Shown: piece after piece, positions 43,303-53,698 of the stretch | How the letters are laid out: each line of letters opens with the position of its first letter | Numbering within the stretch: position 1 is the first letter of the stretch | IMG/VR virus record: IMGVR_UViG_3300029705_000009 | DNA: 64,000 nucleotides | From: a virus | Lineage: Duplodnaviria; Caudoviricetes | Reading direction: 5' to 3' (one strand) | Position numbers and translations under genes: made by a program | Notes under the pieces: model-generated | Databases searched by the model: none | What the model was told of the DNA's origin: nothing | The model's input: the letters and a program-made list of their open reading frames with translations, nothing else

Positions 43303-43914
43303 TTATTCAACCAACTTATTATAAAATTCATTATAAATTTCAAATATTCTCCAATTATCTTTATACTTGTCCCATTTGCTTCTACCAAATGCAGATATAC
43401 CTATTTGTTTTTGCCCATATACATGACAAGACGGAATAATATATGTTTTATGAATTTTGTTTTCATCATTTATGCAATACAGTATATAAATATCACAAGT
43501 TGGCTCTTTCTTTTCTAGGTTGAACGAATGGTACTTATATCCATTATTATTTTCAATAATTGTTGAACTTTTTACATCTACTTTGATATGTTTATTAGTC
43601 GTTATGTCATATGGATATCCAACTTTATTTTTGTAACTTTCCAAATAGGTATGTGTTAATATGTCTTGTATTGAATACCTTTCAAAATAATCGCCAAATT
43701 CACTCTCGCAGTCTTTTACGGTGTATCCTAATAAGTTTGCCCAATATTTTGTTCCACCGCTCTTAGATATTTTGTTTGTTAGAGCTTCATTTCCATAGTA
43801 TTCAATCATCTCACTATGAGTTGGAAATCTATCCAACTCCAGTGATTTGATTACCCTTTCAATCTCAGATATTACCAATTCGTTCGTCCAGTTTGTTCCA
43901 TACGAATGTCCTAT
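43303..43914 (-). CDS. Putative PD-(D/E)XK-type free-standing endonuclease, probable ATA start
   Basis: PYDI...VDVKSS; frame open to ATA 43914 behind AGAGGTGA. Confidence 0.55.
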   Translation of the reverse strand: MGHSYGTNWTNELVISEIERVIKSLELDRFPTHSEMIEYYGNEALTNKISKSGGTKYWANLLGYTVKDCESEFGDYFERYSIQDILTHTYLESYKNKVGYPYDITTNKHIKVDVKSSTIIENNNGYKYHSFNLEKKEPTCDIYILYCINDENKIHKTYIIPSCHVYGQKQIGISAFGRSKWDKYKDNWRIFEIYNEFYNKLVE

Positions 43915-43927
43915 GCCAAATCACCTC

Positions 43928-44353
43928 TTAATTAAATGGAAGTTCAGAATCTTCAATTTCATCAGGCACATTCATAAAGTCTGTGTTCTTTCCGGACTTG
44001 GCATTTGCAGTTGTATTATCGGAAGAATTTCCACCCTTGCTCTCTGCAAACTCCTGATCTTCTACAACCACATCGGTTGTATAAACGGTCTGTCCGTCTT
44101 TGTTGGTATAGCTACCAGTCTGAATACGACCAGTTACAGCAATCTTTGTACCCTTGGTCAGATACTTCTCTGTAAACTCGGCAGCCTTACCGAAAACAGT
44201 ACAGTTAATAAAATCTGCGGTAGGTTCTCCCTCTCTCTTCATTCTTCTGTCTACTGCAAGGGTGTATCTCGCAATAGCCATAGGTGTAGCACCCTGGGAA
44301 TATCTAACCTCAGGATCTTTTGTCAGACGTCCGATTAAAATTACTTTATTCAT
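43928..44353 (-). CDS. ssb: Single-stranded DNA-binding protein
   Basis: MNKVILIGRLTKDPE, ADFI, GRIQT, acidic ELPF tail. Confidence 0.97.
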   Translation of the reverse strand: MNKVILIGRLTKDPEVRYSQGATPMAIARYTLAVDRRMKREGEPTADFINCTVFGKAAEFTEKYLTKGTKIAVTGRIQTGSYTNKDGQTVYTTDVVVEDQEFAESKGGNSSDNTTANAKSGKNTDFMNVPDEIEDSELPFN

Positions 44354-44387
44354 ACTTTATGTTTCCTCCATATATTATTTTATTTAC

Positions 44388-45329
44388 TTATTCTACTGGT
44401 TTAATTGTCTTAAGTTGCTCAAGACACTGCTTTGCTTTCTCAATGTCTTTCAGTGCGTTAGGATTTCCACTAGGGACATATGCTTTCAAAGCATCCATAA
44501 GTTCTGTGTTCTTGGTGCCACCAAGAGACGTGCAGAATGCAATAATTTCTTTCTTGATAGATGTAAGATCGTCAACGTCCATTGTTAATTCTGCGCTTTT
44601 CTGAATGGTGGGTGCTTTGGGAGTAGGAACTTCTCCTCTTTCACACCAGTCATATAATGCCATTCCGTCCTTTGCATTAATAACAGAATATCTATTTTCG
44701 TCCCAAAGACCGGTGTTGTCTTTGTCTGCGTGAGCAATGTGAGTGTCCTGATCAATCTGTAAAGACAACATCATCTCGTAAGAAATGTCTTTGTCAGTCT
44801 GAGAACCTAAACCTACTTTTTTAGGAATCTGCTTTCCGTTTTTCTCTTCAAGCAACCACTCATCCTTACCTCTTGCACAACATAACATATGTGCAGGAGC
44901 AGTTAAAATCTTGTCGATCAGTTGGCGGTGTTTGGGCTTGAGTTTTCCCCAATTAGTGAAGCTATTTCCAGGCATCTTATCATGTGTATCGTTCAACCAT
45001 TTCCACTCTGCAGAAAGACCATCAATAATAATAACCTTATAGCCAGCATCAATCGCTTCTTCAATAGCTGCAATATACTTATCAGTAGTGTATGGATCTT
45101 CTAACTGAAGTAAATCGTACTCAAAAACATAATCTCCATGCTTAGACTTGCACTGTGCATAAAGCTTATCTCTGTCACCTTCAGTACCAATATAAGCAAT
45201 ATCACTACCACACTTTCTGGAAATGCCAGTTGCTAATTCTAATGCGGACTGTGATTTGCCACTACCACTTGCTCCTGTTAATAAAACTTTTAAATAAACT
45301 TTTTCTCTGACCGCTTTTACAAATGCCAT
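44388..45329 (-). CDS. AAA_24/Sak4-like recombination ATPase
   Basis: GASGSGKS, IIDGLSAEW, R.K; adjacent to ssb. Confidence 0.75.
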   Translation of the reverse strand: MAFVKAVREKVYLKVLLTGASGSGKSQSALELATGISRKCGSDIAYIGTEGDRDKLYAQCKSKHGDYVFEYDLLQLEDPYTTDKYIAAIEEAIDAGYKVIIIDGLSAEWKWLNDTHDKMPGNSFTNWGKLKPKHRQLIDKILTAPAHMLCCARGKDEWLLEEKNGKQIPKKVGLGSQTDKDISYEMMLSLQIDQDTHIAHADKDNTGLWDENRYSVINAKDGMALYDWCERGEVPTPKAPTIQKSAELTMDVDDLTSIKKEIIAFCTSLGGTKNTELMDALKAYVPSGNPNALKDIEKAKQCLEQLKTIKPVE

Positions 45330-45654
45330 TTTGAATATCTCCTTTTGTTATTTATATATTATTTTTTTATTTTATTTACTTACAATTACTTTTTACTATA
45401 CTCATAAAAACGTAAGTCTCGATTCACATCTGCACCATAATCTTCAACATACCTAACTACGTTAATGCAACCACATTCGTTACACTTAACTAATTGTGTA
45501 GAATATCCACTGCCATGATCATCCCACCAAGTATCTTCAGATGTGAATGAGAAGATTGTTTTACATTTTTTGCACTCCTGGTGCATTTTTGATACTAATT
45601 CCACTCATTCATTGCCTCCTTTCACTAATATTGACTGACTCGCTGCATATTATC

Positions 45655-46968
45655 TTAGTTTAAAGAATCTTGAATAAGCTCTTGTTCTTCTTCTATATCC
45701 GGTGCGTCAGATGTATCTTTTATAATTCCTTCTAATACTTTAAAAGTAAAAGATTTTCTCTTAAAAGCAGTAAACTTACTTCTATTATCAATTCTGGCAA
45801 CAACACCTTCTGCCACATGTCTTGAATCTATCTCGTCCGGAATGTCAAGCCATTTATTTACTCTTTCGTTGAGATCATCTACTGTTGTAAATAAGAATTT
45901 GTCTAGAACAGGAACGAATTTACATCCCATTCTTTCACACCACATCTTGGTTTCTTCTGTAGGCAATTCAATAACAACACCATCTTCATTGGTCATCGTC
46001 ATTCTATAAACGTACATGTCGCTTTCGCCAGGTTCGCAACCATATGTAAATACAGTTTCCTTGCCATATATTTTTTCAAACTCTTTATCTTTTACTAGCT
46101 TATTGCTACATCTTCCCATAATAGGAGTCGTTTCATTTACCCAGCCTACAATTTCATAAAAAACGGTCATTCCTTTTGGTAGTTTGTCAGCAAAGAAATC
46201 ATGATATTTCTTTCTGAATTCATCATTACCGTAATAACCACCATCAAATTTCTTAAGAACAGTTCTTCTAGTACCGGATACCAGTTTGTATTCTTTTTTC
46301 TTCTTATCCTTTAAATTAAAAATCTTTTTCAATATAGGATTTCTGTGTTTTGTTGTTACCTGGATTGCTGCTTGTGTTCTACCGCTAGTTCCGTGCAGCT
46401 TTCTAGTTAAATAAACAATATCTCCATCTTTAAAGGCATGCAAATTATAATCAAGCTGTGATGTATCAATGTGCTCATCAAAATATGGATAAGACACCTC
46501 TTCTTTTTCAAATTTCTTTTTATGTTTTCCTTGACTGCCATCATGGATTCTCTGAGAATATGTTCTAGCTGGTATATATTTCTTACAAATCTCGTGACCA
46601 CCTAAAACAGTAATCTGATCACCATCTTTTAATTTTGAAATATCTGTATATTTTTCTAATACTCTTACTGGCAAAACCAAACCTTCAGACTTTTCGCCAC
46701 GTAATCTTATTGCAGTGATGTTACGTTTAGACGGATCCATATACCCACCTATGTTATTACCATTCTCATCCTTTTTACGAACAAGATTGTTATCGTTTGC
46801 AAACTCTTCAGATAATTGACCATCTGAAGGAAAGAACACAACCTGTTGACCTTCTTGATAAGATAAATCTACTATTACATTCTGACCAAATACTTCTACA
46901 CACTGCAAACGATCTGCATTACTATGTTTCCTTAGATTGTGTAATGTTGTAATGTAACCACAATACAT
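45655..46968 (-). CDS. RNA ligase (Rnl2/DRB0094-like) with N-terminal OB/tRNA-binding-like domain
   Basis: HSNADRL N-terminus; KLHGTS (motif I), YEIVG, EGVV, FK.K. Confidence 0.8.
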   Translation of the reverse strand: MYCGYITTLHNLRKHSNADRLQCVEVFGQNVIVDLSYQEGQQVVFFPSDGQLSEEFANDNNLVRKKDENGNNIGGYMDPSKRNITAIRLRGEKSEGLVLPVRVLEKYTDISKLKDGDQITVLGGHEICKKYIPARTYSQRIHDGSQGKHKKKFEKEEVSYPYFDEHIDTSQLDYNLHAFKDGDIVYLTRKLHGTSGRTQAAIQVTTKHRNPILKKIFNLKDKKKKEYKLVSGTRRTVLKKFDGGYYGNDEFRKKYHDFFADKLPKGMTVFYEIVGWVNETTPIMGRCSNKLVKDKEFEKIYGKETVFTYGCEPGESDMYVYRMTMTNEDGVVIELPTEETKMWCERMGCKFVPVLDKFLFTTVDDLNERVNKWLDIPDEIDSRHVAEGVVARIDNRSKFTAFKRKSFTFKVLEGIIKDTSDAPDIEEEQELIQDSLN

Positions 46969-47271
46969 TATTGCTCCACCTCACTTTCGAGATGGATGTT
47001 CTTTGACCCCCGGTCCACTTTTTCGCTAATAATGAAGAACTTCACTACTAGCTATTTTCCTTTTCTATCTTCTTCATAATTTTATTCACCTTTATTCATA
47101 TACAATCTACACTTTTCGCATGTCGTATACTTTCCATTCGGATTTAAAAAACCATATCCTTCACATTTGCCATTGACAATTTGTGGCTCTCTTACATTTA
47201 ATTTCTGATAATTTTTCTTTAGTATGCAATTCTCTACTGTGCGTGCTATTTTTATCACTCCTTTAAACAAC

Positions 47272-47376
47272 AAAAAAAGGTGCACCGAACCCAACCATAC
47301 AACCAAATTTCTTTGATCATATAATTGAATCCAGCGCACCCTCGCTCTTCTCCTAGCCAACCTACCAGGAGGCACA
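47272..47376 (-). ncRNA. Putative structured small RNA or terminator: 8-bp hairpin plus a 29-bp stem with GAAA loop and U7 tail
   Basis: 47279-47340 folds fully on the minus strand with 10 G.U pairs. Confidence 0.65.
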
Positions 47377-47657
47377 TTATTAATTTTACTTTTTTACTAT
47401 TTTCTTTTTAACTTCAAACAATTGTATGTTACAATTTCTGTCTCTACGTATTTCAAGTGTTTTATCATCTATAATTGCTTTTACTATTTCGTCCACCATG
47501 GACAATAATTGATTTTTTAAATCATCACTATTCAAGTAATATCACCTAGTATTCTCTGTTAGATTTCTTTCTTCTCCCTATTAGCCATCCTGTAGCAAAG
47601 GCTACAGCGATGACCAATACAAAAACTCCTAAATTTAAAACAATCATATTATTTTAC

Positions 47658-49271
47658 CTACTGTTCAATAATCTTGAAAGATACGTCAGTACGTCTATTC
47701 ATTGCTCTATGTTCTTCTGTGTCATTATCAACCACAGGATTGCTAGATCCTCTACCAACAGTAACGATTCTGTCAGGAGAAATACCATTCATTACAAAGT
47801 ACTGCTTAACAGCCTCTGCTCTCTGTCCGGAAAGCTTAATGTTATATTCGTCTGTAGGATCAGATACTGGATTAGGATCAGTGTTACCAGCAATTTCAAT
47901 AATAGATCCATCCAGAACCTTAGCCACTTCAATAAATTCGTCAAGTTCCTGAGATGCAGAAGCAGAATCAGAGAACTTAGCAGTATTTACTACAAATGTT
48001 ACAGAAGCAGACTTAGTAAGAAGGGATGTAGCATCTAATACTTCCTGTTTGTTATCTTCTGTTACAACAACCTTATTTGTATCAACGGATGTTTCAGTAG
48101 AACTAAAATCACTTGCAATATTATTAATATAAGTATCATCAAAAAGTGTATCTACAACACTAGCATTTACAGTTTCACCAAGAGATGTCCAGATTTCACA
48201 CATATCAGTAAAAATGGTTTTTGCAGTACCATTTAATAAATTGCTGTTATCTTTCCAGGTAGTCAACTTAGCGGAAGCACAGTTTGCAACAATGTCTTCA
48301 TTGGATGCAGTTGAAAACATAGGCATTACACTTCTAATGGCATCAAAGTCGGTGTCATACAGTTCAGAAGCCATTAACGCACCTTTAATAAACTTTTCTA
48401 CTACCTCAGCATTATTCTTTACAAACTCTTCGTTGAATAAGATACCATCCATTACAAGGCTAGAAGAACTTGCAGTACTAAAGAAAATGTGTGCATCGGT
48501 CATGTTCTGAGCCTGGGTTAAATAAGGTTCCCATGTAGCTGCTACATCAACCTCTCCTGCGAAGAAAGCCTTTGCTGCTTCATCAGGAGTCGCAAAGAAG
48601 ATCAGATTGTTCATAATTGCATCTTTCTCTTCCTGAGTTAAATCAGACTGCTGTACAAACCACGCTACAAGAGTGTGTGCTTCGGAGAACTGAGGAACAC
48701 CGATTTTTGCTCCAACTAAATCAGTTACAGTCTGGATGCTGGAGTGTGCAATAATTCCATCGCCACCGTTAGAATAATTAGTGATAAAAGGCATAACAAT
48801 GTCTACACCAGCCTCAGAAAACTTCTGAGATAAGAAAGCAGTTCTGTTAATTGTATAACCGGCAGCATCAAGATCTCCCTTAATAATAGCATTAGAACTC
48901 TGAGTTGCATCGTTGATTACACTAATATTCACATTGATACCAAGTTCGTCATAAATTCCATATTTCTCAGCATCAAGAATTGACTTCCAACCAATCCATT
49001 CATCAAGGGACAAATTAATGGTATTAGCTTCTGTTTTCTCAATGTTCATTACATTACCATTCTCATCATACTCCGGCAAATTGTCTGTATTTTGAGTAGT
49101 GTTATTAATAACCTCTTCTGTCTTGTTATTAACAACACCTGTGTTCTTCTTGTCATCAGAAGTCTTGATAATGCCAGTCTTTACACCGGCAAACACTCCT
49201 CCTCCAACAAGAGCTAAGATTACAACTAAAATTAATACTTTTGCTGCTTTTGTTAATCTAAATCTTCTCAT
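47658..49271 (-). CDS. ABC substrate-binding protein (NMT1/SsuA-like) fused to a C-terminal OmpA-like peptidoglycan-binding domain
   Basis: N-terminal TM segment; S.GGDGII, DVAATWEP; IAGNTD...N..LS..RAEAVK...NRRTD. Confidence 0.85.
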   Translation of the reverse strand: MRRFRLTKAAKVLILVVILALVGGGVFAGVKTGIIKTSDDKKNTGVVNNKTEEVINNTTQNTDNLPEYDENGNVMNIEKTEANTINLSLDEWIGWKSILDAEKYGIYDELGINVNISVINDATQSSNAIIKGDLDAAGYTINRTAFLSQKFSEAGVDIVMPFITNYSNGGDGIIAHSSIQTVTDLVGAKIGVPQFSEAHTLVAWFVQQSDLTQEEKDAIMNNLIFFATPDEAAKAFFAGEVDVAATWEPYLTQAQNMTDAHIFFSTASSSSLVMDGILFNEEFVKNNAEVVEKFIKGALMASELYDTDFDAIRSVMPMFSTASNEDIVANCASAKLTTWKDNSNLLNGTAKTIFTDMCEIWTSLGETVNASVVDTLFDDTYINNIASDFSSTETSVDTNKVVVTEDNKQEVLDATSLLTKSASVTFVVNTAKFSDSASASQELDEFIEVAKVLDGSIIEIAGNTDPNPVSDPTDEYNIKLSGQRAEAVKQYFVMNGISPDRIVTVGRGSSNPVVDNDTEEHRAMNRRTDVSFKIIEQ

Positions 49272-49312
49272 TAAATTACATTCTCCCTTATTATTTTATT
49301 TACTCTCCGAAA

Positions 49313-50050
49313 CTATTTATTATATTTCTTCTTCAAAGAACTTAAATAGTCATCACTCTGAAGCTTTTTAGCAGCTTCATCTGCTCTCTGCACCTTAGTG
49401 GAGGTTCTATTCTCATGAATTACTCTAGCACCGGCAACAGAAGCATTCAAATTGTCATTCTTCTCTTTAATAGAATCCAGAAGTTTATCTGTAGCAGTAA
49501 CATTCTTGAGGTCATCCATACTGTCATAAACCTCATTAAGCTGTGCTTTTACTTTCATGTTCTCTACAACTTCTTTGGATTCTCTCTTCAGCTTACGAAG
49601 TGCAATGCCACAAGCCTTATGTACTTCTTCTGCATCTGCTCTAGCAACAGTATAAGCTTCAATCAGTTTGTTACTTCTTTCGATGTCAGAAATAATCTCT
49701 GCTCTCTCTTCTGCTTTTACCTGTGCCATTTCCATTTTGCCAGCTTGAACTAATGCTTCACACTTAGCTTCAACATCCTTTAACTGTTTCTGCAAGTTTT
49801 TGTTACGGCTAGTTTCAACTTCAAGTTTACCAGCTGCAATTCTTAATGCATTATCTGCTTTGTTGTACTTATCCTGTGCTTCATTAATCTTCTCTGCATA
49901 GATAGCTTCTGCTCCTTCCGGAGTTGTTGCCATGTCTTTAATAAAAACACGAGTCCAACCAAGACAGAGCTTACGAAACTCAGGGAACAATACTAATAAT
50001 GCAACAAACAGTACAAGAGCGATAATTACTAACAAAGTTCCCAAATCCAT
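49313..50050 (-). CDS. PspA/IM30-like coiled-coil membrane protein
   Basis: N-terminal TM segment followed by a long coiled coil. Confidence 0.55.
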   Translation of the reverse strand: MDLGTLLVIIALVLFVALLVLFPEFRKLCLGWTRVFIKDMATTPEGAEAIYAEKINEAQDKYNKADNALRIAAGKLEVETSRNKNLQKQLKDVEAKCEALVQAGKMEMAQVKAEERAEIISDIERSNKLIEAYTVARADAEEVHKACGIALRKLKRESKEVVENMKVKAQLNEVYDSMDDLKNVTATDKLLDSIKEKNDNLNASVAGARVIHENRTSTKVQRADEAAKKLQSDDYLSSLKKKYNK

Positions 50051-50580
50051 TACTTCTCACCTCCAACAAAAGCAACAAGATCCGCAATTCTCTTCAGTTC
50101 AACCTCAACCTTGTCTTCTGTACTATCAATAATGGCTTCTCTATTTGCATTATCTTTTTCAAGTTCCTGGATTTCTCTCTTCTTCTGTTCAATAATGGCA
50201 TTATTATCAGCAATAGCATTCTTATTGTCTGCAACAATTGCATTCAGAGCAGAACGAACAACGGTTTCTCTGGAATATCCATCACTTAAAACCTCATCTA
50301 CTGTGAGTCCAAAACTAGACAGAATAGATAAAACGGTAGCCTTTTTGGTGTCTTTGGGCATCTCCTTGGGGAGAGAATTAACAAGCTCTTCTACCTTAAA
50401 GATTGATTTTGACAAATCAGATAATTCATTCTGACCATAAATATCTTCGATCAGATTATCCTGAGATACATCCTCCGTATTAACTTCTACTTCTGCGATT
50501 TCTTCTTCTGCATAAAGTTCTTCGTCAAAGAACTCTTCTTCCTTAATCTCTTCTACTAAAAATTTCTTTAAAAATCCCAT
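50050..50580 (-). CDS. Acidic coiled-coil hypothetical protein
   Basis: Translationally coupled within the ABC operon. Confidence 0.6.
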   Translation of the reverse strand: MGFLKKFLVEEIKEEEFFDEELYAEEEIAEVEVNTEDVSQDNLIEDIYGQNELSDLSKSIFKVEELVNSLPKEMPKDTKKATVLSILSSFGLTVDEVLSDGYSRETVVRSALNAIVADNKNAIADNNAIIEQKKREIQELEKDNANREAIIDSTEDKVEVELKRIADLVAFVGGEK

Positions 50581-50591
50581 TTGTTCCTCCT

Positions 50592-51209
50592 TTAAAAGTT
50601 TAAAATTTCGTCACACATTTTATTTGCTTCATCTTTGCTATGTGTGACCATAATAATTGTATTATGGGTTTGTTTGTGTATATCAAGGATTAATTGCTGC
50701 ATATCTGTTCTAGTCTTTTCATCTAAAGCAGAAAGAGGTTCATCCATTAATATTATTGATGGTTTCATATATAAAGTACGTGCCAAGGCCAATCTTTGCC
50801 TCATGCCACCGGAAAGTTGCTTTGGATATTTGTCTGCATAATCTTGTAATCCTACTCTTTCCAACCACTTCATGGCATTCTCACGAACTTCATTGGTGAT
50901 TCTTTTGTGATTTATCCTTTCAACAATTAATATATTGTCCAAACAAGTCAACCAGTCAAAAGAAGTGTAATTCTGATGCATCATATAGACATCATTCTTA
51001 CTTGCTCTTTGAAGGGTTTTATCGTCAATAAATATCTCTCCATTAAGTGGATAAATCAAACCGGCAATAGTTTTCAGTAAAGTGGATTTTCCACAACCGG
51101 ATTCTCCTAAAATTCCGTAAATCTTGTTGTCTTCGAATATGTAAGAGAGATTAGATTTTAAAGGCTTATCTCTACTATAACCTGTTGTGATGTCATTCAA
51201 TCGAATCAT
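50592..51209 (-). CDS. ABC transporter ATP-binding protein (NitT/TauT type)
   Basis: GESGCGKST, LSGGMRQR, LMDEPLSALD, VTH. Confidence 0.95.
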   Translation of the reverse strand: MIRLNDITTGYSRDKPLKSNLSYIFEDNKIYGILGESGCGKSTLLKTIAGLIYPLNGEIFIDDKTLQRASKNDVYMMHQNYTSFDWLTCLDNILIVERINHKRITNEVRENAMKWLERVGLQDYADKYPKQLSGGMRQRLALARTLYMKPSIILMDEPLSALDEKTRTDMQQLILDIHKQTHNTIIMVTHSKDEANKMCDEILNF

Positions 51210-51948
51210 TTATATACCTCCATTTAAAACACTTCCTAATCAACAATTTAGCAATGTTATCAAACAAAAAACTGATGATCATAATTGAAATAATTCCAAG
51301 AAATACCAAATCAGTCTTTCCTCTAGAAGATGATTGCTGAATCATGTAACCAAGTCCGTATTTTGCGTTAATACTTTCAACCACGGCACAATAGGTGAAG
51401 CCTATTCCGAAGCACATTACAAAGCTATTTAAAATACTTGGTAACATAGCCGGTAATTGTATTCTTACGATTGCTTGCAATCTACTCATTCCAATTGTAT
51501 ATCCGGTTTCGATTAGATCCTGGTTAATTTCCTCTAATGAATTTACTACTGAAGGCATCATATACACAAAACATGCAATGAAAAGAAACGCAATTTTCAT
51601 TTTCTCTTCAATACCTAACCACAAAATTAATAATGGATAAAATGCAGTTACTGGAACATATCGCATAAGACTGACAATAGGATTAACCGAATACTTTATA
51701 ATCTTAAAATTGTATACCAATAACCCTAACGGCAAAGCAACAAGACCAGATAATACTGAAGAAATCAATATTCTTCTAAATGTATATAGAATTGCGATTT
51801 GCAATTGTCCTGTAGATATAAGTGTTTTAGCATCTTCCAATACCACTAATGGATTTGGAATAAATAGCGAATTTGAATTTAAAGAAGCAAAATACCATAT
51901 TAATATAACAATTAAAAATGTTATTAAAGTAATCAGTTTATTTTTCAT
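51193..51948 (-). CDS. ABC transporter permease (NitT/TauT type)
   Basis: Multi-pass membrane protein; P..A..PL.ILW.G, EAA-like LIETGYTIG, GLGYMI. Confidence 0.9.
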   Translation of the reverse strand: MKNKLITLITFLIVILIWYFASLNSNSLFIPNPLVVLEDAKTLISTGQLQIAILYTFRRILISSVLSGLVALPLGLLVYNFKIIKYSVNPIVSLMRYVPVTAFYPLLILWLGIEEKMKIAFLFIACFVYMMPSVVNSLEEINQDLIETGYTIGMSRLQAIVRIQLPAMLPSILNSFVMCFGIGFTYCAVVESINAKYGLGYMIQQSSSRGKTDLVFLGIISIMIISFLFDNIAKLLIRKCFKWRYINDSIE

Positions 51949-51982
51949 TGTATGTTTCCCATTTAATTTTATTCACTTACCA

Positions 51983-52624
51983 CTATACCAAATCACGATA
52001 TTCTGCAAGCATCTTAGCCAACTCAGGATTTCGATCAGCATAAACAACGTATTTGTTCATCTCATCCATCTCTGCAATTTTCTGATCCATCTTCTTACGA
52101 AGTTCTGCAGCCTTAACACGATTTTCTACTCTCTGATTGTAAGCAGATAAATCTACTTTACACTTTACTTCTGCAGTAATATTCTTTGAGAATCTTGCCC
52201 TAGCTTCTTCCACTGAAATAACTTCATCTACAACAACAACTCTTTCACATGCCCCAGAAATCAAGACTGAATCTCCTGCTTCAATGCTTTCATCATAAAG
52301 AGCATAATGATAATCCACTCCGGACATTTTAACTACTGCCACCTTGTTATAACCAGTCAACTTTTCCATTTCTTTTACCTCACATTCATTTTGATTAGTT
52401 ATTAATTGAACACTTGTGTCTTTAAGTGTTAAATATTTATCTCTATATTTACCTTCGCTATTCTTATATACATTTGGTTGATATATTGTACCATCTAAAA
52501 ATAAAGAAACATTACCGCTATAATAATGATAAGCAAATACAGTACCCAAATACCCTTTGTATTTAGATTTATTGGAAACAACTCTAATTCTATCTCCTGG
52601 TTTGAATATATATCCTCTGCCCAT
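51983..52624 (-). CDS. Hypothetical protein (KOW-like N-terminus)
   Basis: KPGDRIRV...KGYLGTV. Confidence 0.55.
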   Translation of the reverse strand: MGRGYIFKPGDRIRVVSNKSKYKGYLGTVFAYHYYSGNVSLFLDGTIYQPNVYKNSEGKYRDKYLTLKDTSVQLITNQNECEVKEMEKLTGYNKVAVVKMSGVDYHYALYDESIEAGDSVLISGACERVVVVDEVISVEEARARFSKNITAEVKCKVDLSAYNQRVENRVKAAELRKKMDQKIAEMDEMNKYVVYADRNPELAKMLAEYRDLV

Positions 52625-52653
52625 TGTTGTGTCCTTTCTGAATGATTTACTAA

Positions 52654-52726
52654 TTCTGATGGTAGGACTCGAACCTACGACGCGAGGAATTTACCGGCTC
52701 TGCTCTCCCAGCTGAGCTACATCAGA
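52654..52726 (-). ncRNA. tRNA-like RNA with a broken anticodon arm
   Basis: Intact acceptor, D and T arms (TAGCTCAG..GAGC; GGTTCGAGTCC); anticodon stem only 3 bp and no U33. Confidence 0.65.
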
Positions 52727-53232
52727 ACTTTTAAATTACATTTGACTACTCATGCAGTACTTCATGCCCGCACCCACCTATGTCTCCCACACACAACCTC
52801 GTCAAATGTTGTTTTTAAATGGTTTAATCGACCTCACCACAAACGGAGTTGTCCATCAACTCACATGGAACAGTTTTACCAGTTTTCTTTTTGGACGACT
52901 ATTACGTATGTCCTCCAACTGCCAAGTCGATTTTTTACATGCATGACCTACTAATCTGCAGCTAAGTAGGATTATGTTCAACACTTTATCGAAAGCCTGA
53001 ATCATTTTACTGAAAACGCTATTTTGACTCTGTTGCAAAATAGTAACGGTCAAGTGATAAGTCACTACCTCTGTTCTTTTCTCCACCAATTTACAGTAAG
53101 GAGTGTGTTTCCTTTTGAAACTTCTCAAAAGTCACTTCAGTGTCCGTTGCCGACCCTATTTTCTTTTTGAATTAAGGATAAGTCACTTCAGTAGAAAACC
53201 TTAGCTATCAGTTTTCTTATGCTGTTGCCCAA

Positions 53233-53306
53233 GTTCGCAACCAGGGGATGAACCTAGATTTCTTTCTTTGATCAGGAGAAAGCGTTTTGTCTTAAACTAC
53301 TGCGAA
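53233..53306 (-). ncRNA. tRNA-like RNA, Ile(GAT)-like with a 9-nt loop and short D loop
   Basis: TTCGCAG/TTGCGAA acceptor; CTTTCT-CCTGATCAA-AGAAAG; CTAGG-TTCATCC-CCTGG. Confidence 0.5.
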
Positions 53307-53348
53307 ACCGTTTTAACCCTATTAACCACTCCTCAAGGAAAGGAGAAA

Positions 53349-53428
53349 CGGCAGTCTCCGGAATCGAACCAGTAATTGTATCTGCTTTTTATTGTCCAGA
53401 TATTGCTTTGCCATTAAGCTAAACTGCC
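53349..53428 (-). ncRNA. tRNA-like RNA with an expanded anticodon loop
   Basis: GGCAGTT/GACTGCC acceptor, D arm, GGTTCGATTCC T arm; TATCTG-12 nt-CAGATA arm. Confidence 0.6.
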
Positions 53429-53698
53429 TCGTATGCGTTATTTCCGGTATACGCATCCCACCCTTGTTACAAATATTTCATTTCGTATACGTGATTGGTT
53501 ATGTCTATGAGTCCATACAACCATATCTGCACTTATCTTTTTTACGATTCCCTTCAGTGTGCAGAGACAGGAATACGATCGAGCCACGTTTTTCGGTTGT
53601 ACAAATACTACTTTGAAACATTTGTAGATTATTCTTTGCTCTACTGGTAATCAACCAGGTTTGGTTCCACCCAAACGTAACAAGTGAGCTTTTAGTGA

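Noticed and set aside
53244-53270. tmRNA 5' end (GGGGATG on the plus strand)
   Set aside because: No following TTCGAC motif or matching 3' end; better explained as the T arm of a minus-strand tRNA-like element
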